Source of the DNA: Isurus oxyrinchus
Lineage: Eukaryota
DNA: 64,000 nt
Direction of reading: 5' to 3'
Assembly (NCBI GenBank): GCA_026770705.1
Contig: JANJGN010000008.1
Coordinates: forward strand, 171,368,001 to 171,432,000
The notes below the pieces were generated by a model, which was not told the origin of the DNA, searched no databases, and worked only from the letters and a program-made list of their open reading frames with translations. The position numbers were made by a program, and so were the translations under genes. This document shows positions 52,708 through 64,000 of this stretch, piece by piece (position 1 is the first letter of the stretch; the number at the start of each line of letters is the position of its first letter).

Positions 52708-52974
52708 AAAACAAAAACAGAATTACCTGGAAAAACTCAGCAAGTCTGGCAGCATCGGCGGAGAAGAAAAGAGATGACGTTTCGAGTCCTCATGACCCTT
52801 TGATAGACGTTTCGAGTCCTCATGACCCTTCGACAGAACTGTTCTGTCGAAGGGTCATGAGGACTCGAAACGTCAACTCTTTTCTTCTCCGCCGATGCTG
52901 CCAGACCTGCTGAGTTTTTCCAGGTAATTCTGTTTTTGTTTTGGATTTCCAGCATCCGCAGTTTTCTTTGTTTT
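52708..52974. mobile_element. Penelope-type palindromic insertion with 11-bp TSD
   Basis: Flanked by tactctttgcc (52697-52707, 52975-52985). Near-perfect inverted repeat centred at 52840, with a 30-bp internal duplication in the left arm. Confidence 0.85.
52841..52877 (+). ncRNA. Minimal hammerhead ribozyme-like motif (A6U core), sense to DENND1A
   Basis: GUU CUGUCGA A GGGUC AUGAG GACUC GAAA CG UC AAC. Confidence 0.65.
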
Positions 52975-53318
52975 TACTCTTTGCCTGTCTAGCAGCCATC
53001 TATGAAGTGCTGAGAGGAGAATGCTAACCTGTTATCGTCACTGAGGAACAAGACACAACACAAAAGTACTGAGAAAGGAAGAAAATAATTCTCACAATTT
53101 ATTAAGACGAAACTAGTGAAACAGATTTCCCAACTTTTTTTTTTGAGTTTTGTTTAACTTTCATCTTGTTACATCGAGGGTCATACTCCAGATAAAAACT
53201 GACCTATTTTAATTTGGGTTTTTAAGTTAGTAATACTTTGAATGTCAAGTTATTATTTTATTTTGTTTTGAAGCGTTCACCTTTTCCATTATCAGAAATC
53301 TTAGGGCGGGATTTTCCA

Positions 53319-53732
53319 GTCCCGCCCGCCGCCGGGAGTGTCCGGTCCCGCCCGCCGCCGGGAGTGTCCGGTCCCGCCCGCCGCCGGGAGTGTCCGGTCC
53401 CGCCCGCCGCCGGGAGTGTCCGGTCCCGCCCGCCGCCGGGAGTGTCCGGTCCCGCCCGCCGCCGGGAGTGTCCGGTCCCGCCCGCCGCCGGGAGTGTCCG
53501 GTCCCGCCCGCCGCCGGGAGTGTCCGGTCCCGCCCGCCGCCGGGAGTGTCCGGTCCCGCCCGCCGCCGGGAGTGTCCGGTCCCGCCCGCCGCCGGGAGTG
53601 TCCGGTCCCGCCCGCCGCCGGGAGTGTCCGGTCCCGCCCGCCGCCGGGAGTGTCCGGTCCCGCCCGCCGCCGGGAGTGTCCGGTCCCGCCCGCCGCCGGG
53701 AGTGTCCGGTCCCGCCCGCCGCCGGGAGTGTC
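53319..53732. repeat. Perfect 26-bp GC-rich minisatellite, about 16 copies
   Basis: Unit gtcccgcccgccgccgggagtgtccg; 15 full copies plus a 24-bp partial, no visible variants. Confidence 0.97.
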
Positions 53733-54188
53733 TGGCCCCGTCCAAAACCAGTGGACTTGTAGCTGGGCTGCTGAAACTCCCGGGGCGGGTCTGGGCAAGA
53801 CAGGGCCAGAAAATCCCTGCCTTAAGCTCATTTTAGCTAAATCAGCACAGGAATTTAAACCCTTTAAATTCGGATCTTCCTTCCCTGGATACATACATTA
53901 TATTGTACTTTTAATAAATCATTTGATACTTTAACGTTCTGAAGATTGTTGAATAGAATGCTCAATGTTTTGTGAAAACTGAAAATAATAACAATTAGTT
54001 GTTGTAAATCACAGTCCAGCTCTGTGTATAAAGAGGAACAACAATACATGTTTGCATGGTGCTATCGCCAACGGCAACTTTATTTAGTAACTTAAACATG
54101 TAAAAGTTGCAAGTTAGAAGAGCATCCAGACTAGCCTGCCCTTTAGTGTTTCCGCTCATGTTATGCTTTCTTTCTATTATGTAGCTTT

Positions 54189-54222
54189 ACTGCCTCCCTG
54201 TGGAGTGGGGCAGGCACTGCAG
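54189..54222 (-). promoter_or_regulatory. Putative CTCF site with upstream motif
   Basis: Minus strand CTGCAGTGCC-tgcccc-actCCACAGGGAGGCAGt: core motif plus upstream motif at the usual 5-6 bp spacing. Confidence 0.65.
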
Positions 54223-55184
54223 CACAGAGCAACTTGTAAAGAAGTATTTTAATAACTTACGGTTAATATTTTGTTGCTTTCCTCTATATTAATGCCCTTG
54301 TCATGTAGAAATAAAACTGACAGCACTTAAAATGTGCACCTGTAGGAGTAAAAGTTGATGATTCACATTCATTTTAAAACAAAATTAAATCTCAATTCAA
54401 AACTTAACATCTACAATGTGCTCACTTTAAAGTCATAATTAATTTAATCAATATATCATATATAATGTGATGCAATTTTTCCACATTATTTGCTCTCAGA
54501 CTTAACAATTGACACACACGATGTTGAGACTTTTATCCACTCATTTCTAGAGTCCACATGCACTGATTATGTATTAGAAATCAGTAAGGGCTGTAGTTTT
54601 AAATTGATAGTAACCTAGTAATAATTGATTCCATGTAGCTCTTTAATTTGACAGTGGAAACAACCTTCTCTAAGGTTTTGTAATATTTTTAATTAGGACT
54701 GAACATTGGCCTCTGCTGCACTGGTCAGGTAATTTATAATTGAACTCCATTAGAAAAGGGAGTGGAAGGATATACCCCAATGCATTAAAATTTACATCTT
54801 TTATTAGCATTTTTCCATTACTTGTATATAAAACTATATGAACATCATTAATATTTAGCAAACAATTCACCACTTAGAACATATATGAATTCCGATGAGC
54901 TGCCTAGTTCCTTTGAGACAAAGTGCTATAGAGGTTAATATATTCAGTATCTATTTTTTTAATTGATGCATTTCAATTAAATGTTTCATTTTGCTTCCTA
55001 GTGTAGTGTTAATAGGGCTAAATGTACTGGATTTTTTATAGAATAGCTTTAGAAGGAAATAGGAGTTAGAAGCTCTCAATTATATTTTTTGAATGTCACC
55101 CAAGGTACTTGGGTAAATACCAAGCAAGATGTGGAGGCTATGCAATCTGAGGAAGTAATGGCAAGTTCTTCATCCAAACATAAT

Positions 55185-55470
55185 AACAACAACTGTATTT
55201 ATCTAGTGCCTTTAATGTAGCAAAATGTCCCATGGAGTTGAAAGAGTGTAGATATCTTGGAATGTGTAGCTGGAGGAGTTTGCATAGAGGGTGGGGAGGT
55301 GGTGAGTCCATGCAGCGATTTGAAAACAAGGATGAGAATTTTAAAATTGAGGGAGGCATTGTTAACCAGGAACCAAAGTAGATCAACCAGGACAGGGCTG
55401 ATGGATGAACAGGACTCAGTGAAAGCTACGACACAAGCAGCAGAATTTTGGAAGACCTTAAGAGTTTTCT
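55185..55470 (-). mobile_element. L2-type LINE 3' fragment
   Basis: Minus-strand QNSAA...ISPVLVDLLW...FKILILVFKSLHGL is the L2 ORF2 C-terminal motif. Confidence 0.85.
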
Positions 55471-58400
55471 TCATTTCTGAGGTTCAGAGTTATGGCAACA
55501 TCTTGAGATTGTGTTCAGATGATATTGTCTTTTGGACTCTAGATATATTGGCTTCTAAAATTAGAAGCCAATTAAATAATATTGTTTGTTTACCTTTATT
55601 AACACAATATTGCAGTGAAGTGCTTAATTTCAAGTATGTCACTTCTTGTTTACAACAAGTAAAGGATGCAGCATAATTCTTCAGGGTTCTTGGATTATCA
55701 AAGGAATCCGCTTACTCCTCCTTAGTTCGCCAACATCATTTACATGTCATCTTTATGTCACTTCACCTTCGGGGCACTCCACTTCCTTGCTATCCCCTCT
55801 TGCTTGATGGACTCATTTGAGGTTCCCAGTCTTAGTGTGGCTATTATTGTGTTTATGACACAGTGGTACGTAGGTAGCGCCAACAGGGCCACTCTTGTTG
55901 CCAAAATTAATATTTGTGTAACTTGAATAATTTGTAGACCACTTCAGAAAACATCAAGAATTAACCCCATGATGTTGCAAGTAGACCAGGCGTGATGGGA
56001 AATTAGCGAACCAGAATCCAGCAGGCTTCCATAGTCAGTTTTTGTCTAATGTGTGACTAGCTTTGTTGAGTTCAGTTTGGTAGGATTTGAACATCACATC
56101 TGGCAGTGTAAAGTGGTTGTGAATATTCACAGTTTCTTCGTTATGCTGCCTGCCCATTTAGCCAGAGAAAAAGTAAAATTATGACTCCGGTGCAACAAAA
56201 AAAACTCTGAGCTGCTCCAGGTTCCCTCCTAGCTGTCCTTCAAATAGTTTGCAGAAAACTGAGTTCTCTTTCTGTTCTTTTCAAAAGAATTTTTTATTTT
56301 AAATTAAAGAACCTCCACATTCAACATGTTTTGTTCAGTATCAGTACTTGCGGCTTATTGGGGTATGAATCCTCTCAGGGTGAGTAATTTCATTTTACAG
56401 CTATAAGAGCATGCACGTTCCAGGCAGATGCCAGGTAAACCACTGGAAGAACAGCAGGCAGGGTATTGGCTACTTGTCATCACATAGGATATAGTCAGGT
56501 GGGTTCTGTAAAGGGCAAGCGATCAACTCCACCAGATTGCCACTCAGGAGATGAACAGGATAATCTATCGCCCTGTATAGTAAGACCTTACCCAGATTTC
56601 TGTCACTTTGCAATATGCCTGCTGTCTCGTCACAATATCTGCGGGTATCTTGATGGTTGCATGTTTGGCTCTTAACACCTGTATTTACCAACATGCCTAC
56701 AAATCAGTACCACAAACACATTAAAATAATTGAGGGGCGATATGGAAGCCTTTCTCCCTCTGTCAGTTACAAGTGAGTGTCAGTCACTGGGAGTACCATG
56801 ACCCTCCCATCATTTGATAGCAGGCATGTACTCTTCCAGCGGAGCTTTTGGATAGAAGCAGGAACCTTGGCTGATTTGTTCGCCAGTCAATTAAGGTGCC
56901 ATTAATGCCACCAAGCACACCCCCCACCACTCCTGCCACTAGTAACTGAATTCAGACTTGAGATCAAATTTAGGAATTTTCTTGCCTGTGTCACTCACCT
57001 ATTTGCCAGTTAAACTCACTGAAATCTCAAAGCAACTGACTGGTAGCTCATGAGTAATTGTGGTGTTGCATGACTTCCAGTCATGTAAAGAGGGTGAGCT
57101 CCTGAGCATCAGCAGGCTTTTCCTTAATTCTCAAGTGCTTGTCCCTCACACTCTAGGACTTCTTAGACTATTTATTGTTAACATTTGGAAGAGAAGACAG
57201 TGAGAGCAGCCAACCTTTTGAGTTTCACTTGCTGTCTGTGTGGAAACAGCTGGCATGCAGAGGTGCTTCTCCTGACTGGATGATGGAGATCAGAGTCTGG
57301 CATGGGTAATTGAAAAATAATTCATGTGTGATCTTGGAGCCCAAGAGCTGCATTTTCTGATATTAAGCTGTGAGTCCCTCATGGTGTCCTACTGCTCACC
57401 AGCAGTCATTCTATAAAATGCAGTGGATCTTATTGTGAATGGTTACCTTGCTGTGGGTACAGTGTAAGAAAATTGCTATGCAGCAACTGGTCTTTATACA
57501 TGTTGATGCAATAACTGCAAGCAATCCCAGAAATGTTTTATTTTATTTAATGTTTAAAGTATATAATAGGGGGGAAAAAACAGTTTTGAAGATATAAGCT
57601 TTGAATTAATAGAACATTAAACATGACTGTAGATGAATTGGCTGATTGCCCTTTTGATCGGTGCAGGAAATTTTGACTTCCCTTCAGGTCCTCTGGATCC
57701 GGAGAACACTGAAATGCTAACGTGTTTTTGTAGAAGGGCATCCTTTGCTGCACAGAGTTCTGCTTTGTTGTAGTTGACGACATTAGGTGCCAGCAAAGTG
57801 AGGTGCGTTGGGATGCCACCAAACCATAAGGCACCAGCTTTTGCTTTTGATTGCTCATATTCCACACTCCCAGGTTTGGAGACCAGCCACTTCCACAGAG
57901 GGGGAAAAAAATAATCAGAGACACACGAGGCAGTGGCAAATTACAGAATGGCTTTGGCAAAAGCCCAGAAACAGTTTGCCTGCCTTCCCTCAGCCAGAAG
58001 ATGCTACATTACACAAGAGGACCTAAAGGAAGTGGAAACAAATTAAAATAATTTTCAGTCAAAAATAATTAAAATAGTTGTGTTTTATATCTTCAAAATT
58101 AACCTTTGAGAAAATTATAAATATAAATCATTATTTTTAATGAATGTTGCCAGATTAAGAACACATTACTTGAGGTAATTCACCTTTTAAAAACACTGCT
58201 TGTTATTTTTTTAAAGCAATCTTTAATTGAACATTTAATTAAATTGTGGATTTTATAGTTTGTCCTTGTTTTGTTGCAATTGAAAATGTCAATTTTATCA
58301 ACAGCCAGTGAAAATTTAAAGGGATTAATATAATATTACGTTGCTGTTAGCCTTGAATATTTATTGAGTGGCATGAAGATGCTTATGAATGAAACTTTAG

Positions 58401-60519
58401 TTTTCTGAGCATGCTTAGTACTCTTTACGCTGGTTGTAAGAATAAAGTCCTGGATTTTGGCATATTCTAGACAAACATTGTGCATCAAAAATGTAGGTAA
58501 CAACTTAAAGGATCCCAAATGATACAGTGCATTGGAACGATGTTCTGAAGCACTGCCTTTTCACCTTCACCAGGTCTGAAGCCAGCCCAAGCAAAAACGA
58601 TGATGCTCCATTTTCTGTATCAACCACTCAGGATCTCAGCTGAAAAGCATCATGGCAGCCCACTTAAGAACAGGATCAGGATCTTCTGTGAATTCCATGC
58701 CTGCTGAGCAAAAACTACCCCAAGCCAGCCATTAATGTTTTCTCTGAGATGCTTTCGGAGAAAGGGCAATTGTTGGTCATAAAGTGCATCGTTGAAGTTG
58801 GATGCCATTGCAGAATGCAAAGCAATTGAGAGTGAAACTATTCCCTAAAAATGTAACTGAGCAAGTACAAGAGATTTGGAATATGGCGGCCCAATGACAG
58901 GACCTGGAGCCCTTACACAAATCTGTACACTGACTATATTGCTTTATATTTTGTACCGCTATCTTTCCAAAAAGATATTAGCTAATGTATAACTGTATTT
59001 ATTTGATTTTAAACACTATATCCCTACAGAATAGATCGCTACCATATTTAAACAACTTCATATCAGACAACGAGGTTCCTTGTAAAATAAAAACTAAAAT
59101 CACAAAATTTCTGTTTTTTCTTACTGGTGTCAATTTATTTTATAGACGTTTGGATTTGTCACATTTCAATTCTAATCACTTGATTGAAATTCATTTTTTT
59201 TAATGCATTCTGGCGGAAAAAAAACACCCTCAAGATGCGGTCCTTCCTCATTAAAATAAACCCACACCATCATAAGCTATGAAGCGAATCTTAGATTTTG
59301 TAGAGCTGTATTTGTTACATGATATTTAACAAGGAACAGCCTCTGCTGTCATTGTTGTCACATACTAACAGTAACAGAAGACATGATAACGAGACATTAA
59401 AATAGAGGGGCAAGTCATCCACGTTGTAACTCAGCCCAGGGATTAGGAGGCAGGAGCTGGTGCAGTCATGCAGAGCTGATGGCATGTATAGCTGAGACAG
59501 ACAGAAAATCTTTTTTTCCTTATTTGTGGCTGTTCTCTGTGTACCAGCACTTGCTGTGACCTGCCTTTCCACAGACAGATTCCTCAGTGTGATATCCAAG
59601 CAGGTAACAGGTAGTAAACGTCAGCATGGGTCACCGAATCAGATTAATTAGGAATATGGGGTGATTTGCTGAGATTACAATTCTAGTCTTTTTAAAGGAG
59701 ACTGGAAATAAAAAAAAAACCATGTAATAAAAGAAACGCATCTTTCTTTAGAGACTTGATGTGACCTTTCTATCCACAGTATGTTTTGCATTTGTTTATA
59801 ATAATTAGAACACTGAACACTCATCACTTTTAGTTTATATATAATTTCTGTTCTTTCCAACAATCGATATAATGAACCAGAACAATACTTAACTATTCAG
59901 CATCTGAATGAACAAAGTTACCAAATTAAACACTAAGTATTGTCTGTGAAAACAATTTAAAACTCAATCTGATGCACCATACATTTTTAGTGACACGATA
60001 CTTGAAGGTACTGTATGGAATGTTGTCAGGTGCAGGATCCCCACCTTTCAAGTGCGAGATGAGGAACTGCAGCCAACATCTTTGAAATTACCCCAATAAC
60101 AGTTTTGAAGTCAAAAAATGTGAGCCTTGTTTTCATCAGATGGAGCCTGCAGCATTTCATCGTCCACATCTTTCCCCAAAGCATGGGAAAATGGCCAGGG
60201 TTTCTGTAGCTGATTGCTGTCCAACAATCCCTGCCATAAGTGGATTTTAGGCCAGGATTGGATTACGTTTAGCTGTGATTTTGGCCATTAATGATTCCCC
60301 TGCCTGCACTCACTATCAGGGTTCACACATACAAAAAAATTACTGATCAAACAAAGTATCGGAAAGCGACCAGTGCTTTAGCAACCATACTGCTGCAAGG
60401 AGCCATTATTCAGGAAGAGGCAGCTCAATACAAAATTGACCATATTGATTCACCAAGTTAAATAGTGGAGTTACCCCAAAAGATCAAATGTTACTCAAGG
60501 TGGGGCGGGGGGAGGTGGG

Positions 60520-60905
60520 GAGTAGAATTTCCATGAGGGTTCTCCAACCCCCTACAGTAACCGTAGTGGAAACCCCAGATAAGTGGCTGCTTACACACTA
60601 AGATAAAAGCAAAATACTGCAGATGCTGGAAACCTGAAACAAAAACAGAAAATCCTGGAAAAACTCAGCAGGTCTGGCAGCACCTGTGGAAGGAGAAACA
60701 GAGTTAACATTACCAGCCCGTATGATTCTTCAGAACGCTCTCGTACAGGCTCAGAAGACTGGCTCTGTTACTCTCTCCACTGATGCTGCAAAACCTGCTG
60801 AGTTTTCCTAGTGTTTTCTGTTTTTGTGGCTGCTTACACATTTTATCCAGTTTCTCTCAAAATTATGGTGGGAGATCCTGGGAGATCCTGTGGAAATTCC
60901 ACTGC
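60520..60905. mobile_element. Palindromic MITE carrying a nested insertion
   Basis: agtagaatttcca ... tggaaattccact ends; interrupted near its centre at 60598-60825. Confidence 0.55.
60598..60825. mobile_element. Older Penelope-type hairpin insertion with 15-bp TSD
   Basis: Flanked by gtggctgcttacaca (60583-60597, 60826-60840); aaaactcagcaggt / acctgctgagtttt arms. Confidence 0.8.
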
Positions 60906-62629
60906 ACATTTGAGAGCTGTGACGTGAGCTGATGACCCAAACCACTCAGATCCTGTTACTGTCCATTTCCTTGTTTTTACTGTAGTTCCAGAATGTGTCC
61001 ATATGATGAACTTTGAGCTAACGTGTGAGAACTGTGTCAATAAATCGCAGCTGGTCGATTTTTGTAAGGAATCAAAGGGAATAGAGTAGGTGTTCACTCT
61101 AAGGACGTTATTACTTCACTTCAAGAAAGTTAATTAGGAACATGTTAATTTTTCAGTTCATACACCTGAATAGCAACATTGTAGAATTCATATAAAAATA
61201 TCATTTGCCATTTTATTAATGTGCAAATGTGAAATAAGGTGTGGTGGCCTATCAAATAAGAACAATTCAGTTCAGTAACTGGGAAAATCAGTTTTATATT
61301 TTTAAAAATATGATTAGTAGAATTTAAGCTATTTATATTGATCTGCAAAATTAGGTTTTTTTTAATTTACTGCAATATAAAGACGCAAATTTTATGAAAG
61401 TGCAATAGTGAGCTCTCCAGTGACCCAGTGATTTTATTTGCTGAGTAACTAACCTGTATGGACCAGAAAGTTCTCAAGTTCATACTTTAGTCTGTGCTGA
61501 GTTAGCTAACCTCATCCTAGGTAGTGGCAAGCGTGCTGTAATTGGCTTTAAAGATGGTAAAGTGGTTGGGCTCCCCTCGCCAGCTCACTATCAAACAACC
61601 CCTACTGGCAGTATGCATTGATAACAAGGAAAAAAGATTTTGAGTTCAAATGAGAGGTCCCATTGGTTAACTATTCTGCCGTCATACACACATGAACAGT
61701 TGTCAGATAAGTGCAGGAGGATGACAAGTGGAATCGGGAACCAGCAGGGGAAGCAATGCCAGGAAGATAATAGTAACGGCAAAGAAGAAATGGAAATTGC
61801 TTTTTTAACTGTCATCACCTTTAGTATGAAATGCATCTCCCATACTAATGAATGATTTTATTTACAGAATATTGCACAAATTTAAATGATAATTGCTAGC
61901 ACAGCTGGATGTATGTGATAATTAAAGCCGTGCTGTGTGATATACTTATGCAAAAGAGTTGAGAAAGATGTTTGCATGTTTCCTATTGCATGGAAAATGT
62001 CATTGCAGCATCCCATGTACTTTTATGAACTGGCTACCACCTGTTATTTTATGTCACGTCTGCATTCAAAGCACTTTTGGGTATTCGCCTCCATTTCTGG
62101 GCATTGTGGCTGGTAGAGTTTACTAAACAGTTGAGATGCTAATAGGGGGAAAAAAATGGATTTATGCCATCTGCAGGAAAATTATAGGAAAGCAATTCCC
62201 ACATCCTGCCAAAGACATAGAAATTACAAAGCATCCAAATTTTAGGGGGTGAGATAAATTGTACAGTCAGGAAGAAATAGCAAGTAAATGGTGTTGAGAT
62301 GGTTTGGGAGCAGAATGTGTAAAGATGCAGAAAGGTGCCAAAATCAAAAGGAGCTCCAATGGATATTGATAATCCAATCTTGAAATATCGATCTTTTGTA
62401 CTGTTTCTTCTTATATTTGCACCTGTAAAACTGTCCAATTTGTCAGCATAAGGGGGCCAACGTTTGAATTTGTGATCATAGTCAGTTTAATGTGATGAAT
62501 GCTGTGATTTGCGGTGAGAAATCATACGATTTGGAGTTGCGGAAATAACTTCTATAAACACTGCAGATTTTTTTGTTTTATTATCAGCATTGTGAATCTT
62601 TGTGTAAAGTGTTCCAGCAGGAGAAATAT

Positions 62630-62870
62630 ACTTGAGTGTCGCTGAAAAAAAGCCATCTTGCACTCATCAAGACAATCGCAAGCATACCAATGTCAGGGGA
62701 AGCAAAAGTCCACTTGCCAACCAGTCAGCGCTCTCTTCTCATACAGTATAAAGTTGTTGCTCCCCTGGCATTGGTATTCTTGCGATTGCCCTGATGATTG
62801 CAAGACGAAAAGCTTCGACAAAATTTCTTCTTTAAGCAATACTCAAGTTCAGTACTAACAAACGACTGTT
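62630..62870 (+). mobile_element. Second Penelope-type family, inverted terminal structure
   Basis: 62631-62705 is a decayed reverse complement of 62757-62849; contains a hammerhead core. Confidence 0.65.
62787..62820 (+). ncRNA. Minimal hammerhead ribozyme-like motif (canonical core)
   Basis: UGCC CUGAUGA UUGCAAGAC GAAA AGCU UC GACA, with palindromic AAGCUU stem III. The inverted copy preserves UGUC and GUGCAAG, which restore stems I and II. Confidence 0.6.
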
Positions 62871-63669
62871 AGGAATATATTTATTTAGTGTAACACTTGG
62901 CAGAATTCCATTTTGCTTTCCTGTCTATGTTCGTGATGTCTATACGGGAACACTTTACTTCCTTCAGGCATGTTACAAATAACCAAGCAAGATGTTTACC
63001 ATCTAGTGTTTCAACGGGGTGAAGCCTTTTACTCCTTTTCCATGATTTGATAACTGCTTGTGAAGTGATAGTAGAAACCTAAAATTAGAAGTGTAAGTAA
63101 TTATATCTGTTGTTTGTAAGGCATTCTATTTATTTCATGTTCCTGCACGAGCAATTATATTTTAAAAGTTATTTCCTAATGAAAAAGAAATAAAAACCTT
63201 GTAAATCCTCTTGTCCTCATAACAGTCCCATTGAATTCTGATTAATTATCCTGGGATGTGACAAATCGAATATTCAAATTCTGAGATTACATCAATCTTC
63301 TGGGTTTGTAAACCTAATAATTTGTGTGCGTATCATTAACAATCTTTAGAAGTGCCACTTGATAAGCACAACAGTGAATATGTGATATCGGAGATGTACA
63401 GTTACAAAATATCTGAATTGTGACTGAAGCCTGTGCCAGCTACATGGTTGCTGTTATCAGAAAGTACACAATGATATAAACTACCTTAGGTATAAAGCTA
63501 ATAAAAGTTTGATAGTTCCCAGTTTTTTTTAGGCTGGGAAACTCTTTGCAGCTGCTCCTCCCCTGGCAAAGTAATGCCAGCAGAGCAACCCTGAATAATT
63601 TTCTGCCTTTGTTTCTAACTCTGGCATATCGCACTGACTTCGATATTTCTTGGCTTTCTCTGTAATTTT

Positions 63670-64000
63670 TCTAAATTCACTCACTGGATGTGGGCATTGC
63701 CGGCTGGGCCAGCATTTATTACCCATCCCTAATTGTCCCTTGAGAAGGTGGTGGTGAGCTGCCTTCTTGAACCGCTGCAGTCCATGTGGTGTAAGTACAC
63801 CCACAGTGCTATAAGGGAGGGAGTTCCAGGATTTTGGCCCAGCGACAGTGAAGAAATGGCGATATATTTCCAAATCAGGATGGTGAGTGGCTTGGAGGGG
63901 AGCTTCCTGGTGGCGGTGTTCCCATGTGCCTACTACCCTTGCCCTTCTAGATGGTAGTGGTTGTGGGCTTGGAAGTTGCTGCCTAAGGAACCTTGGTGAG
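63670..64000 (-). mobile_element. CR1-group LINE 3' end
   Basis: Minus-strand FFTVAGPKSWNSLP...HGLQRFKKAAHHHLLKGQ plus tail ggatgggtaataaatgctggcccagcc. Confidence 0.88.

Larger units (their letters stand above)
51311..53863. repeat. Long inverted repeat: arms 51311-51716 and 53056-53863
   Basis: The arms are reverse complements over AT-rich sequence and an embedded MITE; the inner ~60 bp differ at one base. Confidence 0.92.

Noticed and set aside
53319-53732. CRISPR-like array
   Set aside because: Units are contiguous and identical with no spacers; vertebrate intron, no cas genes.
53238-53934. Five long overlapping ORFs (148-198 aa)
   Set aside because: Artefacts of a stop-free 26-bp GC-rich tandem repeat that is open in several frames on both strands.
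56767-56772. Possible 6-nt microexon (ctgtcag|ttacaa|gtgagt)
   Set aside because: Good splice-like signals, but it lies in what looks like a decayed SINE, has no UGC signature and no known peptide match.
62968-63022. Possible alternative terminal exon (QHVTNNQARCLPSSVSTG-stop), analogous to the truncated human DENND1A variant
   Set aside because: Only an acceptor-like site supports it; no peptide similarity, and expected by chance.
46498-64000. Next constitutive DENND1A exon
   Set aside because: No segment matching the expected downstream peptide was found; it probably lies beyond the window, though a diverged exon could have been missed.

Overview
Eukaryotic, AT-rich vertebrate DNA; the repeat content (CR1/L2 LINEs, tRNA-head SINEs, Penelope-type hairpins) looks like a cartilaginous fish, probably a shark. 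The window lies inside the + strand DENND1A (connecdenn 1) gene. Four clear exons (2591-2662, 4517-4573, 9083-9214, 46409-46497) encode KGSGAIINTMKTKANPAMKTVYKF-AKDHAKMGIKEVKNRLKQK-EMAENG...QPITVHFGQ-ARPPRPPVKKPRSN...SPE. The 37-kb intron holds a probable 60-nt proline-rich cassette exon and two candidate frame-preserving microexons. The introns also hold a decayed gag-pro-only Gypsy-type LTR element (two LTRs, tRNA-Pro PBS), solo LTRs, a Harbinger transposase relic with related MITEs, a hAT MITE and many LINE/SINE fragments. The most notable items are: (1) Penelope-type hairpin insertions with minimal hammerhead ribozyme folds, one young family having a non-canonical CUGUCGA core; (2) a roughly 400-bp inverted duplication in which one arm carries a perfect 26-bp GC-rich tandem expansion; (3) a full bipartite CTCF-like site; (4) several putative conserved enhancers. 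The supplied ORFs are spurious or repeat-derived; there are no prokaryotic systems. Repeat boundaries and identities are by eye.
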